From the human T2T-CHM13v2.0 reference genome, Homo sapiens, in NCBI RefSeq assembly GCF_009914755.1, contig NC_060926.1: a DNA stretch of 64,000 bases; one strand, 5' to 3'. The stretch's first letter is position 1. Each line of letters begins with the position of its first letter. A program made the position numbers and the translations under genes. Positions 28,223-42,684 of the stretch are shown in pieces. Below the pieces are notes generated by a model. That model saw nothing but the letters and a program-made list of their open reading frames with translations. It did no database searches and was not told where the DNA came from.

Positions 28223-29600
28223 CAGGTGAACCAGGTAAGGAGAGCAGACCACAAGCACTCCTCAACCCAAGTGAGAGTGATGCAGTGTTCTAAAATTGTG
28301 GTGATTACTGCATTCCTCTGAATATACCAAAAACCATGGAGTTGTACACTTTTAAATGTGTGGATTTTATGGTATGTGAATTATATCTTAATAAAGCTGT
28401 TAAAAAGAAAAACCATCAAAGCTTTAGAGGTCTTCAGCATCAACCCAGGGAAAAACCCTGTTTTCCTTACTGCTCTTTTTAGAATGTTTGGCTTTGTAGT
28501 AGTTGTAGTTACTACAGTAAATCACATGAATTTTTTTCCAGTTAGGTCTAGAGACTGTGAATCACAGCAATCAGGAATATTAGTAAATTTGTATCAGATT
28601 ACTTTGGCTGTAAGTTTCTAAAATTTCCAACACTAAAATTTGGTCATGTGTGTGCAATCTTCATAGCTTGCTGCTAAAGTAACAGTAGATTATTATCCAT
28701 TTATAACTTGGAGAAAAAAGGTAATGTTGGCTTCATGCTCAGTAATGACTGATTTGAGATTGAGATTGTGCTGACTTTGCAGCCACATCCCTCACCAACA
28801 TGGCAATTGCCTGATGGCACTGACCTTGGAACTGTCTTTACTTTCTCTTTTCTTTTAATGGTTTATATTCAAAACAGCTTGGTTGTCCCTAGCTCTTGCT
28901 TTTTCAGATTAGATATTGACTCTTAGATATTGTCTCTTAGATATTCTCTTTCGTTTTTTCCTCTGGAAATAAGTTTTAGCACTCAATAACTCCCACATTC
29001 CAGATTCCTACCACCTAGGCTGCATTGATTTAGACCCCTTTCCCTAGACACTGAGAATTGTAGAGCTAGAGAGGGTCTTGGAGTGCAGAGTTGTGTAACA
29101 AGTCAGTGCAAAGCTCGTATTAGGTTCTCAGCAATCCTGAATTCTGTCCTCAATGTCTGTTTCCAATATCATTACTATATTTCCATAAGGAATTAACAAA
29201 TGATGCTCACCGAAGGCAGTTACCTTGCCCATAAGGACATTCTTCAGATTCTGTTACAATGTTAAAATTATGGACTCTAAATTTGTGTAATCTTAAACCA
29301 TCAAATCATTTCCTCTCAATCTGTAATCACTTTTTGGCCCAGGATCAGTTTTCCATTGTACTGATAGGTTCATATGACCTCATCCTGGTTTAGAGTTGAG
29401 AATATGCGACTTAGACTATAGATCTAGCCCTAGATCTGCTACAGTGTGACCCTGGCAAGTATCTTAATCTTATTACAGACATTTCATATTTCAGATGTAG
29501 TTCTGATAGCAGCATTCCCCTCTCCACCATTGTACCATACAAGTGAGTGGGCTTGGAGAATACAGTTCTCAAGATGTGAGTACAATGAAAGCATATTTAA

Positions 29601-29985
<385 letters not shown>

Positions 29986-30289
29986 CACAGTTATCTTACT
30001 ACATAGGCAAGATAAGGTGGGGAAAGAGCCTATTCTGTCCCATCTGGTCAAAGAAGAAAGAGTAATTCTGCTAAGAGGTCTGTGTAAGGCAGGGATCAGG
30101 GAGTGCCCTGTGGCCCCACCCCATCCTGAAGAGAGCCAGTCAGGACTCTAGTTGCTTCTGTACAAGCAACCCACCATTACACTTAAAACATGCAAAAAAC
30201 TGGTTACGCTCTTAAACTTCACGTGAGGCACTTGTGTCTAAATCCAAACTGATGTGTCTTAATCTAGCTATATCAGCTTCCTTTTAATA

Positions 30290-30512
30290 ACTAATAATCA
30301 CCAGCATTTACTCAGTATGTATACTCTGCACCAGTTGCTGTTCCAAATACCTTACATGTATTAACTCATCTGATTTTCACAACCCCTTGGTGTGTAGGTA
30401 CTGCTATTATCACCCCTATTTTTTACAACTGAGGAAGTAACAGGTTGGAAATTTCACAGTTATTAAGTGGCCAAGCTAGGATTCAAACTTGGATAGTCTG
30501 ACTACAGTCTCA
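30290..30512 (-). mobile_element. MIR
   Basis: TAGGTACTGCTATTATCACCCC…TTTTACA…GAGGAAG…GGATTCAAAC. Confidence 0.65.
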
Positions 30513-30517
30513 GCTAA

Positions 30518-30826
<309 letters not shown>

Positions 30827-31140
30827 GGGGCTACCCTGATTTTGAAGAGGGGTTTGATTGTAGGAAGGCCTAGGACTCAAAAAAGGAAATTTTCCTGGTA
30901 ACTCTTACAATACACTAAATTACTTTACTTCTCTGGGTTTCTTCATCTGTAAAGTAGTTTTGAGAAACTAGGCACTTTAAATGCTTCATGTTGGAGAAGT
31001 CTTAAGATTTTGAACTCATAAATTATAATACCAAATTCTTACTTGTTTTCAACAAATTTAATACAGCATGGAAGTTTTAAAGATTTGATTTTGTAGTCAT
31101 CAGTATGCAGTATACACACCTATGCGCAGAAGTATATTAA

Positions 31141-31436
31141 GCAGCACTGTCCAACATGGCATCTACTAGAGTAATACATAGCACTGACTATTTGTGATGT
31201 GGCTAGTCAAATTGAGATGTGTTGTAAGTATAAAATACACACCAGATTTCAAAGACTTAGTATGAAAAAATAAATGTACAGTATCTTGTTAATTATTTTG
31301 GATTGATTACACATTGAAATGATAACATTTTAGACATACTAGGTTAAATACATTATTTACTTTTAAAAAACGTGGGTACTAGAAGAATTAAAATTACAGT
31401 TGTGGCTTACATTATATTTCTATTGGGTATTGCTAT
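31141..31436. mobile_element. MER33 (hAT-Charlie)
   Basis: CAGCACTGTCCAACA…TGTAAGTATAAAATACACACCAGATTTCAAAGACTTAGTA…GTGGCTTACATTATATTTCTATTGG. Confidence 0.75.
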
Positions 31437-31624
31437 TGTAGAAAGTCCTAAATGAGAAAGAAGGTATAGTTTATATGGGTAGGAAACTCATCTGGTGAAA
31501 TAGACAGAAGACAGTATGTATCTGGTAAACCCAAGTACATCTGTAAATATATTGGCCATGGATAAAGTATATGTTTGATAAAATATATTAATTGAAACAA
31601 TAGATACATTAGTGCCATGTGTAA

Positions 31625-31855
31625 TTCAGTAGTATATTTATTGAGCACTTACATATACCAGCCACTCTTCTAAGCACTTTACATATATTAACTCAATACT
31701 TATCCTAAGGTAGGTACTGTTGTTACTCATGGAGGCACAGTGAGGTTGTTAACTTGCTTTTAAGGCTGCATTGTTAGTCGAGTGAGTAATGGAGTTAGAC
31801 AGGGTCTGTATAGTTTGCCTCCAGAGCCTGTTCTGTTAACCATTGTGTGGTATTG
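31625..31855 (-). mobile_element. MIR
   Basis: ATTTATTGAGCACTTAC…CTAAGCACTTTACATATATTAACTCA…GGAGGCACAGTGAGGTT. Confidence 0.65.
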
Positions 31856-34208
31856 CCTCATTAAACTAGGTGGCCTTATGATTTGCTGTATTTCTGACTC
31901 TCATGATTTTGTATGGTAGTATGTGCATAGATAACCCACTAGAATTTAAAAGCTTAAAGCAGGTGGCCTTAGTACCAGCTTGTACTTATATTTTGCTTGT
32001 AGATTTATTTTTAATTTCCCAAGAGAGAATATTTATTTATAGCTACCACTTCTAAGGCTGGTTGTTTATGCCTTAATTTTAGCCTATTAATTGCATTTGT
32101 GGTAGTACTCCACAACTTTTGTAAGTTATATGTAGATGGTGTAACTGGACTTTCAGGGGGAAGTGTACATGGCCAAATAATAACCAATAAACTGATTATA
32201 ATTTAAATTAGTGATAAGAAAAGGGAATATAGGAATTTGCTGTTGGATTTACTCTGCTTAGAAGCTTTAATTGCAAAAAAGATAAAATGTGTGTTTTAAA
32301 CGTTTTTATTCCTAAAGGGAAACTGTAATACTGTGTCTAGGTTGAGCATACATTAGGCATTTATGTATCATGTCGTATGTATCCATACATATATTTAAGT
32401 ACCATCTTATTTAACTTGTAGCCTAAAATTTTAAAAAATACACATTTTCTGGCTACCCACTAGGTGAGGATGATACAAGAATGGACGTAACAGGTCTCTG
32501 ACATGTAGAAATAAGACATACATGAAAAAAGTGAGATAAATATCAGTTTAACACAATAACACTATGTACATTATGAATAGTTAAGTCTTATACTTCTAGG
32601 GAAGGAAGGAGACTTTTCTGAACTGATAGTTTGGGTAGGGTTACTGTAGGAGGAGAGAACTGAGCTGGACTTGTAGGATGGGGTTGAATTTCCTTGAGAG
32701 GAGTAAAGCGGGTATATGAGCAAATGCTTAGACATGAGGTATAAATTGAGCTTGGGCAATAGAAAGAATTCAGCTGTGGCTTGAGTAGAGTGTTAGGAAG
32801 CTGAATAGTTAGAGGAAATTTCAAAAATTAACTTGGGGCCAGACTGTAGAAGACCTTGAATTTTAACAGTAGGAGTTTGGACTCTAAGAAGTTAAGAGTT
32901 GGGGCAGAAAAAAAAAGAAAAAAAAAAAAAACCTTTGGGTATATGATACTTTATCCTTGAGTTACTGCTTATGTGATGGACATCACTAATAAGTTATGTT
33001 CTTAACCTAAAATGCTAGATATTTTTAGTTCTTGGTAATAAGCAATATGAAAGAGCTTGCTTTCTTTGTTACTAGTAAAATCTAGTGCATGAAATTGGCT
33101 TGTTAGCATAATCTCAGATTTCTTGGTTGGAAGAATTTTTATCACATAGCAAATAACTTGACAGTTGTTTATTTTTAGAGATGACAAATCAGTATTTTGC
33201 ACTGACTCTGTGAATTTCATTTATACATTTCCATGTACTGTAAATTTATACCCTTATTTTTGGGGCACACTAAAATTAGCCCTTTTTAAAAAAGCTCTGG
33301 CTTATTTTGGCACCACTACCTTATTAGCCCAGACCCGTGGGCTACATTGTTTAACCTGCTGAACCCCATGTTTTTTCTTTGTAAAATTGGAAAGACACCT
33401 CCCTCCCAGGGGTGGTGAGATTGTCTAGTGAAGCAAGACAGTTGCAGTAATGTCAGGCACACATGTGGAGGTAGATACTCAGTAAATTTTGTCTCCCTCC
33501 CTCCTAAGATTGAAATGGTTGTGAGCAGAGACTTAAAGTAGACTTTCTTATTATTTAATGTAGACTTTCATATAGTGAAACTCAAGGAAATTTGTAAGGC
33601 AGTAACTTTTGTAAAGTCTGACTTTGTTATAACTTGGATTTTAAAATGTTGATATATCAATATAACTTAGTGATGTTTTTAAAAATAAATTGGCAACTGT
33701 TTCATGAGAATGTACATAAAAAACTGAACAATCAAAGGACTGAAGTATTTCTACAAAGTCATTTTATTTCATGAGCTAAAAACTGTGGCATTGAAAGCAA
33801 ATGAAGTCCGGGAGGAATATTGTTATACCAAGCATGTTCTAGATCATGCTGTTAAAGAAGTGCAGTTAAATTTTTTTAACTGACTTTTTTTCTTTTGGCA
33901 TACATCAGTAAATGTTAATATGTGTGTAGTTGTGTAACCCCCAACTGTAGTCAAGATACAGAACAGCTCTGTCACTCTAGAAAACTCCTTGTGCTATCCC
34001 TTTACTGCCACATTCTCTCCCTAACCCCTAGCAACCACTGATCTTTTTTCTATTTCTTTATGGACTAGAATAATGGGGGCTATCAAATCAGATGAATATC
34101 TTAAATATGATACCAATATAAAGATAAAATATTGAAATATCAAATAAGGTAGTGGTCATGAAAGTTCTTAGTACATAGAGGCATTAGTTATTTAAAAAAT
34201 AGTTTTGA

Positions 34209-34595
34209 CTGGGCGAAGTGGCTCATGCCTATAACCCAACAATTTCAGAGGCCGAGGTGGTAGGATCTCTTGAGGTCAGGCGTTCAAGACCAGCCTGGTC
34301 AACATAGTGAGATCCTCCCATCTCTACAGTCAGTCCAATAACTAAATAACCAACTAAGTAATTAAAAATAAATAAATAATAAATAAAATAGAAGAATAAA
34401 AAAATAATTGGCCAGGTTATGATGGTGTGTGCCTGTTGTCACAGCTGTTCAGGATGATGAGGCAGGAGGATCACTTGACTCCAGGAGTTTGAGGTTGCAG
34501 TAAGCTATGACTGTGCCACTGCACTCCAGCCTGGGCGACAGAGTGAGACCCTGTCTTAAAACCAAAAAACAAAAAGACCAAAACCAAAAACAAAA
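34209..34595 (+). mobile_element. AluJ with expanded A-rich middle linker
   Basis: Left arm 34209-34327, ~85-nt A-rich spacer, right arm 34410-34557, CAAAA tail. Confidence 0.85.
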
Positions 34596-34863
34596 TAGTT
34601 TCATATATAATATGAAGTCAGTGGGTGAAGTTTAGCAGAACTCTTCCACAAAGTCAAGTTTGTGTGAACTTCGACAGCTTTTTTCTTCAGAGGCTTTTAG
34701 GCTTATTTTTGAAAGACTTGTTTCACATGGTCCCGATAGCTGGAAATCCCTGTGTTGTCTTTTAACTTCATATTCTTCGTAAGTGAAAGTGGACAATAAT
34801 ATCTATCTTGAAAGGTTATGATTATTAAATGCTATGATATACAAAAATATAAACCTATATTTT

Positions 34864-34963
34864 TGCATACATACATGCATACACACACGCATACGTGCAT
34901 ACACACATGCATACGTGCATACATGTATGCATGCACGTATGTGTGTATGCATACATGTATGTA
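34864..34963. repeat. 100-nt perfectly alternating purine/pyrimidine tract with nested palindromes
   Basis: Unbroken Y/R alternation; TGCATACATGTATGCA (34916-34931) is a perfect palindrome. Confidence 0.9.
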
Positions 34964-36247
34964 AGTGTGTGTATGGGGATGCCTAACCTATAGTAGGCAT
35001 TCTTTTACTTTTTTTTTTTTTAAACGTCTGCAGTAGCTTTGGAATCTTGGCTTGCTCAAGGGATGCCATGTCTTCTTAATTTCTGTATGCTGTCCCCTGC
35101 TCATGGAAAAATTGATCAGTTGATCCTCAAAGCTTCATCTTTCTGTTTTAATCATTTTTAATTTTTTTTTTTTTGAAATTTATCACTGATTTTTCTGTTT
35201 GGGGGGTGGAGGGAAGTATAGTAAATCTATATATTTATCTTAATGATTCCAGGTTCGTTTCACGATATAACCATTTCATGAAGTGTGATTTTTTTTTTTT
35301 TTTAATTTTTGAAATTGATCATTGGGACATATGGGCTGAATCTTTGCCAGTCCCAGAGCTTCCTTTTGAACTTGTGTTTGTCAGTTCCTATTATAAGATT
35401 GATTTTGCTTTTGACATTTTAATCTTTTCTTAAAAGTAAAGTACACAGTGTTCTGATATATAACATTTTAGGCAGTAAGATGTAATTGCTTTCCTACGAA
35501 TTTAATTATTTAATCAAGTGCAGAAACAGATTTAGGATTTTTTGTTCTTGCCCACAAATCATTATGTACATTCTGTTTATCGGTGTTCTTTGTCTCATTA
35601 TTTGTGTTCAAAATATTCATAGAATCAGTAAATTATGGAACTGGAAAGGACCTTCAAGATCATCTAGTCTATTAATGTTTAATTCTCTCTAATCCAAAGC
35701 CCCCCTTTCATAATAAATATTTCTAATACTCTCCTTAGTGTCCTGAAATGAAATTCCTAATGAAAATTTTTACCCCATAAGTAAAATGAATCAATATAGT
35801 AATAATTCTCTAATTGCAATATAAAGGAAAAATAAAAGGAGTATAATTTAAAATACAGTATAAGATATGATTATGCTAGAAGATTAAAAAAAAGAAGAAG
35901 AAGAAAGAAAAAGCACCAACAGATTTCCAAAATGCTCTTAGAGGGGTAGTGCCATTTTGTTGAGAACCACCAATGGAGCCTCAATCTTCTCATTTCATAG
36001 GTAAAGAAAGTAAGGGTGGGGGTGAAAGGGCAGAGGAGAGGGTGTTGGATGGATTACACAGGTGTGGTTGTTAGTAGAGTGTGAGTCCTGGAGTATAAGT
36101 CTAAGCAGTCAGTAGGTATCAAACTTCTTTGCCTCATGGTTTTTCTAAAGATTTACATGAAAACATTTTTTGTTTTTTGATGAGGTAGGTGGTTATGTAT
36201 TATTCTTGACTTCTTTGCTGTGGAGATACAGATAATATATTGGGGTC

Positions 36248-36630
36248 TGTATTAGTCTGTTCTTGCGTTGCTATAAAAAACTATCTGAGACTGGGTAATT
36301 TATAAAGAAAAGAGGTTTAATTGGCTCATGGTGCCACAGGCTGTACAGGAAGCTTGGCTGGGGAGGCCTCAGGAAACTTATAATGGTGGCAGAAGGCAAA
36401 GGGGAAGCTGGATTGCCTTACATGGCTAGAGCAGGAGGAAGAGAAAGGGGGAAGTGCTACATATTTTTATAAACAACGAGATCTCATGAGAACTTACTCA
36501 CTATTATGAGAACAGCAAGGGGGAAATCTGCCTCCATGATCCAGTCACCTCCCACCAGGCCCCTCTTCCAACATTGGGGATTGCAATTCAACATGAGATT
36601 TGGGTGGGGACACAGACCCAAACCATATCT
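36248..36630 (-). mobile_element. THE1D/MSTA-type MaLR solo LTR
   Basis: TGTATTAGTCTGTTCT…GAGACTGGGTAATTTATAAAGAAAAGAGGTTTAATTGGCTCA…GGGGACACAGACCCAAACCATATC. Confidence 0.9.
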
Positions 36631-38359
36631 GAATCCCTCTTTCTGAATTAGTTGGTTGGGGGAATCCTGTAGGGTAGTGCCAGCTCACTGTACCTTTCGC
36701 CTCTGATTCTGCCCTTGGCACAGAGTAGCCTCTCAGTTAGTGGAGTTTCTGGGCGTCTTTCTTCCGGGTACTGTATAGGTGGTGGACATGTGGATATGTG
36801 TGTGATAACTAGAGGACGTTCAGTAGGCTCAGAGATATCTCCAGTGCTTCCATTATCTGGCTTTATGACCTTGGGCACAAACCCATTTTTTCATCTGTAA
36901 AATTCCTACCTTTTCTTATAGGTTGCCAGAAAGGTCAAATGAGAGTGTAATGGAAAGTGATTTGTAAACTCTGTGTAAATGTGTCATATGCAGATGCAAT
37001 GGATTAGTGTTAAGCCTAGCATCCTCCCTCTCTAGAGTTATAAAGATATTATGGTCCTATTTTTTATTATTAAAAATGCTTATCTGAATCTCATTTCAGT
37101 TCCTTGAACCTAACAAGCACGTACCTGCCCAGGGATGCGGGATACCATATACACTGTGCTTTCTTCAGCCCTGTCTCCACCTAGGCAGTGCCCAGCAAAC
37201 CCACAAATAAAAGCCCAAAATCAAAACAAAACTTCTCTACTTTAGCTCTGCTACTGTTATTATTTCTGGCCTTTCTGGAAGAGCATACAACTCTTGTTAT
37301 AGCTTTCATAGCCTTTATTACAATGTCAGTATTTACTTATTTCAGAATTAGATTCCCCTGCTAAGTTTCATGAGACTTCTGTGATCTGCTTTATGTGCTT
37401 GTGTATGAAGGTAAAAGTATTCTTTGCAAAATATAGTAAAACTGATACTTAGGGAAGATGCCCTGTGTATACCCTCTAGACTCAGCATTTTCTGATATAA
37501 ACCGAAGTGCTTGGAGTAAACACAATACAAGGCAACCCTAATACCAGCTCAAGTTCCTTTTTACTTTCATCCCACTAACTCATTTAATTTCTTGGAGAAG
37601 TGCCATCCCCAATAACTTCTAGAATGTTGCTTTTGTAATTATTAATTATGTGGAATTTTCGTAGCTTAACTTTATAAATATTTCTTAGCCTTTACACTGA
37701 ATTGCTTTTTTATCAGGATTCTAGGTATAATCAAGGATAAAAATCTTTTAGAGAAAAACTGAGTTTTTATTAAAAATGTTAGACTTTGCATTAATAACTA
37801 TTTTTGTGCCATTTTGTTAAATATCTGAAAAACATTTTACTCTTTTGTAAATAATTTTTGTTTTAAATAAATTGTAATTTACTCATTTGTAGCAGCCTCT
37901 GACAGATTTTTTTCTCATTCACTTTTGGACTTAATGCTTTTGCTTAAGTTTAGTGACTAGATTTCTCATTGTTGATTCTCTGAATAGTTACTTTTAAAAC
38001 TTTCTTTACATTCATAATCTAGGCCTCATTAATTTAAACTGAGCTTTGCTTTGTTGGTCTTCTTGTTACTTTGTTTCTTATTATTTTTTAATGCATTGTC
38101 AGCCATACTCTTCATCACCTCATTTCAGCGATGCCAATAACTTAGGGTATTCATATTAGTAGATAACTGTCACTGTGATACAATTTTGAACAATATATGG
38201 TATTTTTCTCTGCCTGCACCATGGAGTCCTCCTTTCTTACATAGCCTGGAATTTGCTACACAAATGTAAAGTTGTTTATTGGAAACCGTTCAGGATTTGG
38301 AGTTAAATGGATGTAGGTTTAAATCCTGACTCTGCTGCTTGCCAGTTATATGGTCTAGA

Positions 38360-38994
38360 TGAAGCAGTCTTGTTTGAGGTGTTACCCAGAGTTCTTTGTC
38401 TCACGACCAAGAAAATTAAGGAGCATGGACACCAAGGGTGAGGTTGGAGCAAAAGTTTAATAAGCGAAAGAGAAAAACTCTGCAACTGAGAGGGGGCCTG
38501 AAAGAGGGTTGCCAGCTATGAGGCTGAGTCCGGGGATTTTATGGACTGGAAAGACAAGGAATGTGCTGACTGGTCTGCAGGCTGTTTTGGAGAAAGCACC
38601 ACTTAGAAGTATGTTAGTGTAAAGAATTGGAGGCAGAGGTGGAGGCTAGGCCCAGGACCTTGGCCTGGGACCAATCAGGGGCTGAAGTGATGATTCACCC
38701 TATATAAATGAAGACTTAGCCCGTGGCTACTTACAGAAAAGTAGACATATGTCAAATAGGTGAAAAGTAAGGGACTAAGGCATGCCAAGGAGAGAGAAAT
38801 GTATCCAAAGGGTTTTGGGTTCACAGAGTAAGCATTTCCATTGAAGGACATGGGCTCTTTCTTATCTGGGGCCTGCAGTTTGATTTTCAGGCTTCTTTGT
38901 TTGAAGGAGTTTTACCAAGGACTCACCCCAATTGCCTGCCTTACGGGTGTCTTACTTTATCCTCTCTCACGATTTCTTACTTTATCCTCTCTCA
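38360..38994 (-). mobile_element. LTR9-family ERV1 solo LTR inserted into a MIR
   Basis: The reverse complement reads TGAGAGAGG…GCAGGCAATTGGGGTGAGTCCTTGG…CAAACAAAGAAGCCTGAAAATCAAACTGCAGGC, LTR9-like. MIR halves lie at ~38290-38355 and ~38995-39110. Confidence 0.7.
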
Positions 38995-39509
38995 TGGGCA
39001 TGTTTGAATGTTTCTGAGCTCACTTTCTGCAGCTGTAAAATGGATATATGGTTAACCACCTTATAGAGTTGTGAGGATTGGAATATTGTTTGTAAAGTTC
39101 TTTATACGGTATTTCTCTTTTGTTCCATGTCTTTTAATGATTTCTGAAAAAATACTCATTTTTAATGCAACCAATTTTAAATACAGGTAGAGTAGACTGG
39201 AGAGACCAGACTGAGAGTGGGAAGCCTGCCCTTAGGCTCCTTCTATCTCTAAAGTTACGTGTTTGTGACTCACTTTAAATGTAGATTATATAAGGTGTAA
39301 ATCAACTACCAGGCAGTCTGGATAAAAATTTTCTTAGCAGTAAGGAAAATAAACTGTCAAAAGTGAATCTGATCTCTGTTACCTCATCTAGAATAGAAAG
39401 GGTTTAGTTGGGCCACTGATTTCGGATGATATTCTTTAACACCTTTAAGAAGGAGAGGTCCTGATAGAGGTGAGGAGTGGGGTTGGGCTCTGAAATAGAG
39501 CAGCTGTGT

Positions 39510-39816
39510 TTTGTTGTTGTTGTTGTTTTTGGAGACGGAGTTTCGCTCTTATCGCCCAGGCTGGAGTGAAGTGGTGCAGTCTCAGCCCGCTGCAAACCTC
39601 CACCTCCTGGGTTTAAGCGATTCTCCTGCCTCAGCCTCCCGAGTAGCTGGGATTACAGGTGCCCGCCATCACGCCCAGCTAATTTTTTGTATTTTTAGTA
39701 GAGACAGGGTTTCGCCATGTTGGCCAGGCTTGTCTCGAACTCCTGACCTCAGGTGATCTGCCCACCTCGGCCTCCCAAAGTGCTGGGATTACGGGAGTGA
39801 GCCACTGCGCCCAGCC
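39510..39816 (-). mobile_element. AluS with (GTT)n tail
   Basis: Full dimer; flanking GCTGTGTTTT direct repeat. Confidence 0.9.
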
Positions 39817-41102
39817 TACTGCTGTGTTTTTATTTGTTTCATATGAGACTTCTTGGGATTTTTGGATAAAGAGTTTCGTGGTCCAGAAGTTTGCAAGCCA
39901 GTGGAGTAAGTTATCTCTAAAGCCTATTTGAACTCTGAATTTCTGTGATATGTGATTGTATAGGCAATGTGGCTTTTAGATTTATCAGATTTTCAAAGAT
40001 GTCTTCCGTGGTATTTTAATGATTATACTGTTCTGAAAATAGTCTCTTTTTGGCCATAAAAAAGTTCCATCTGTATATCCTATAAATAACTTTAAAAACA
40101 TCCTGCAAGTACCAATTGCCTTTCTTAAGCCTTCATGATATTTTATTACCAAATAAAGTCTTTTTTTGGCAGTCACATTAACTATGTTTTTATTTATTAA
40201 TGGTAAGAATGTGCTACATGAAACACTTTAAGATAAATAGAGTTCTATGGTCATTCTCCATCTGTTACTTACTTTGATTTTTGTAAATCTAGAGAATAAA
40301 AGGGTCAGCATTTTAATAGCCAAGCAGATGTTTGAGTAATTGACCCTGTTATTATTTGTACAAAATATACTTTTATATAAAGCCATTGTCTTTGAGAATA
40401 AGTGAAAGAAAACACCCATTTTATTAACATTAGTAACATTTACACCGAATTCCATGGTTGATAGAATTCAATCAGAAATGCTTTGAATAAAAAATTATTT
40501 GATTCCTTTCATATTATGAGGTGTTAATCATGAAAACATCTCAAGTATTTAATAAACAAAATCTAATGCCAATAAGTAGAAACAAAATAATATTACCTAT
40601 AATACATACATAAGAAATAGATCTCTTATTTCTACCTCTTCTTCAGTACTTCATGGTTTTTTTGACTCAGGTTAGAGTTGTTTTGTAGAATAGTGACTAT
40701 ATATGCTTTATCTGTGGCTCTACCTCATTGCCTAGATAAGCTTGTTTCATGAATGAAAATTACACAATATAGTTTTATGAGAGTTAAGCACTTCTCTAGA
40801 ATTTGTTTCCAGTAGAAGACTATCTTTGGCTGCTGCTGAATTATTTTTCTAAAGCAATAATGCCTTAACTCTTTCTAGTTACAAAGCCATCTGAAAAATG
40901 TTAGGGATCCTCTCTGCAGAAAAATACTTTATACATAGCAGATAGATTTAGGGGGCTGAACCCTTGAATACATTTCATGAGTCATTGTGGGTAAACTACC
41001 CTTTGCTATGTGAAGAACCGATTGTAAGAGGGAAACCGATTTAAATATTTTCATCATTTTGCTTGTATCTATTAAAAGAAAAAATAATATGAATGACAGA
41101 TA

Positions 41103-41638
41103 TGAAACTAGCCCACTTGTCCCATAGAACTGATTTTATAATTTCTTTTGAATAAACGTAGAAATTGACCCTCTCGGGCTTAAAACCTGAGACAGTTACT
41201 GTTGTCTTATCTGAGTTCCTTTTTCAGGATACCAACCATCAGGCCTCACAGATAGTATCAAGAGAACTGAAACTTACCAAATCACCGTATCTGGACAATG
41301 AGACACCAGCCCCTTCACCCATCATGATTGCCCGACCCAACCACCTGCTGCCTGTTGACCAACTCCTCTTCCTTACCACTCCCTAATTCCGTTTTTTGTT
41401 TTGTTTTGTTCTGTGTGTGTGTATGTGTGTGTGTGTGTGTGTGTGTAGTTACATTTCTTTCCTGCTTATAAAATCCTGATTCTAGTTGGGCAAGAAGGTG
41501 AATTTGAGACTGATCTCCCGTCTCCTTTGCTGGACACCCAGTTAAAGCCTTTTTCTCTGTCAATACTCATCTCAGTGATTGGCTTTCTGTGCTGCAAGCA
41601 GCAGGGACCTAGACCAAACCCCCAGTGCTTTGGTAACA
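41103..41638 (+). mobile_element. MER39-like ERV1 solo LTR with internal (TG)n microsatellite (~41411-41446)
   Basis: TGAAACTAGCCCACTTGTCCCATAGAACTGA…AGAAATTGACCCTC…GGACCTAGACCAAACC…GGTAACA; TG…CA termini. Confidence 0.65.
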
Positions 41639-41788
41639 AATGCCTCTGTTTTATTTGACAAAATGGTGGTGTGTTCATTCAGTTTGCATTAATCTGTAAC
41701 TTTAAAAAAGTCTTTTATAAAAGATAATGATGTAACTATAGATTTTGTAAAGAATATGAGCAGTTTGTGTTTTAAAGATCTGATTGTA

Positions 41789-42015
41789 GGCTGAGTGCGG
41801 TGGTCAACATGGTGAAACCCTGTCTCTATCAAAAAATACAAAAAAAAAAATTAGTTGGGCATGGTGCCCCACGCCTGTGGTCCCAGCTATTTGGGAGGCT
41901 CAGGTGGGAGGATCAGTTGAACCCAGGAGGTGGAGGTTGCAGTGAGCCGAGATCATACCACTGCCCTCCAACCTGGGTGACAGAGTGAGACTCTGTCTCA
42001 AGAAAAGAAAAAATA
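41789..42015 (+). mobile_element. Alu with most of the left arm deleted
   Basis: GGCTGAGTGCGGTGG joined to TCAACATGGTGAAACCC; intact right arm. Confidence 0.85.
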
Positions 42016-42684
42016 ATTGATACAATATGAAACATGAAGGAAAGCATTTTATTACTTGTCCAGTCAAATCACTTGTTGGATGCCCTCCCCTGAAACAGTG
42101 GTATTTTATGCCTTCCAATGAATCTCAATAATTCTATATTAGAAAAAAAGATTAATGTCTGAATATCAACTTTTATATGTATGAAAAACATTGGACCAGT
42201 TTAACATTGTATAATTCAAATTTTATACTTTATGTTAGTGGCTAATGCTACCCTCAGTGATATGTATATCAGTGATGGACTTTTGTCCAGTTCTTTAACG
42301 TAAGAAATCCTGGCTTCTGATTTTTCTCTTCGGAACAGATGTTGCTGGGATATTTTTTGTTAATATGTAAAAATTATACTAGTTGCACACAATTTGGAAA
42401 ATAAAAGTTAGGGAGGGAGGAAAAAACCAGTCTCACTATGCAGGGACAGCCATTGGTAACATTTTGATGTACTTCTATCTAGTGCTTTTTTTGTTCAGTG
42501 ATTTCACTCTCTAGTTTTTGGTCCCCTTTTGTTCTCTTGCTTTGCTTGTGTTTGTTCTTGTTTCTAATTTGTAAGGTGATAGGTATTCTTACAATTTCTC
42601 TTTTTCCTTTGGCATTCATGACTTCCAGGGCAGAAGTGGTTAGTTATTCATGTCTTGATAATCTCTCAGCTAAGTAACATATTA

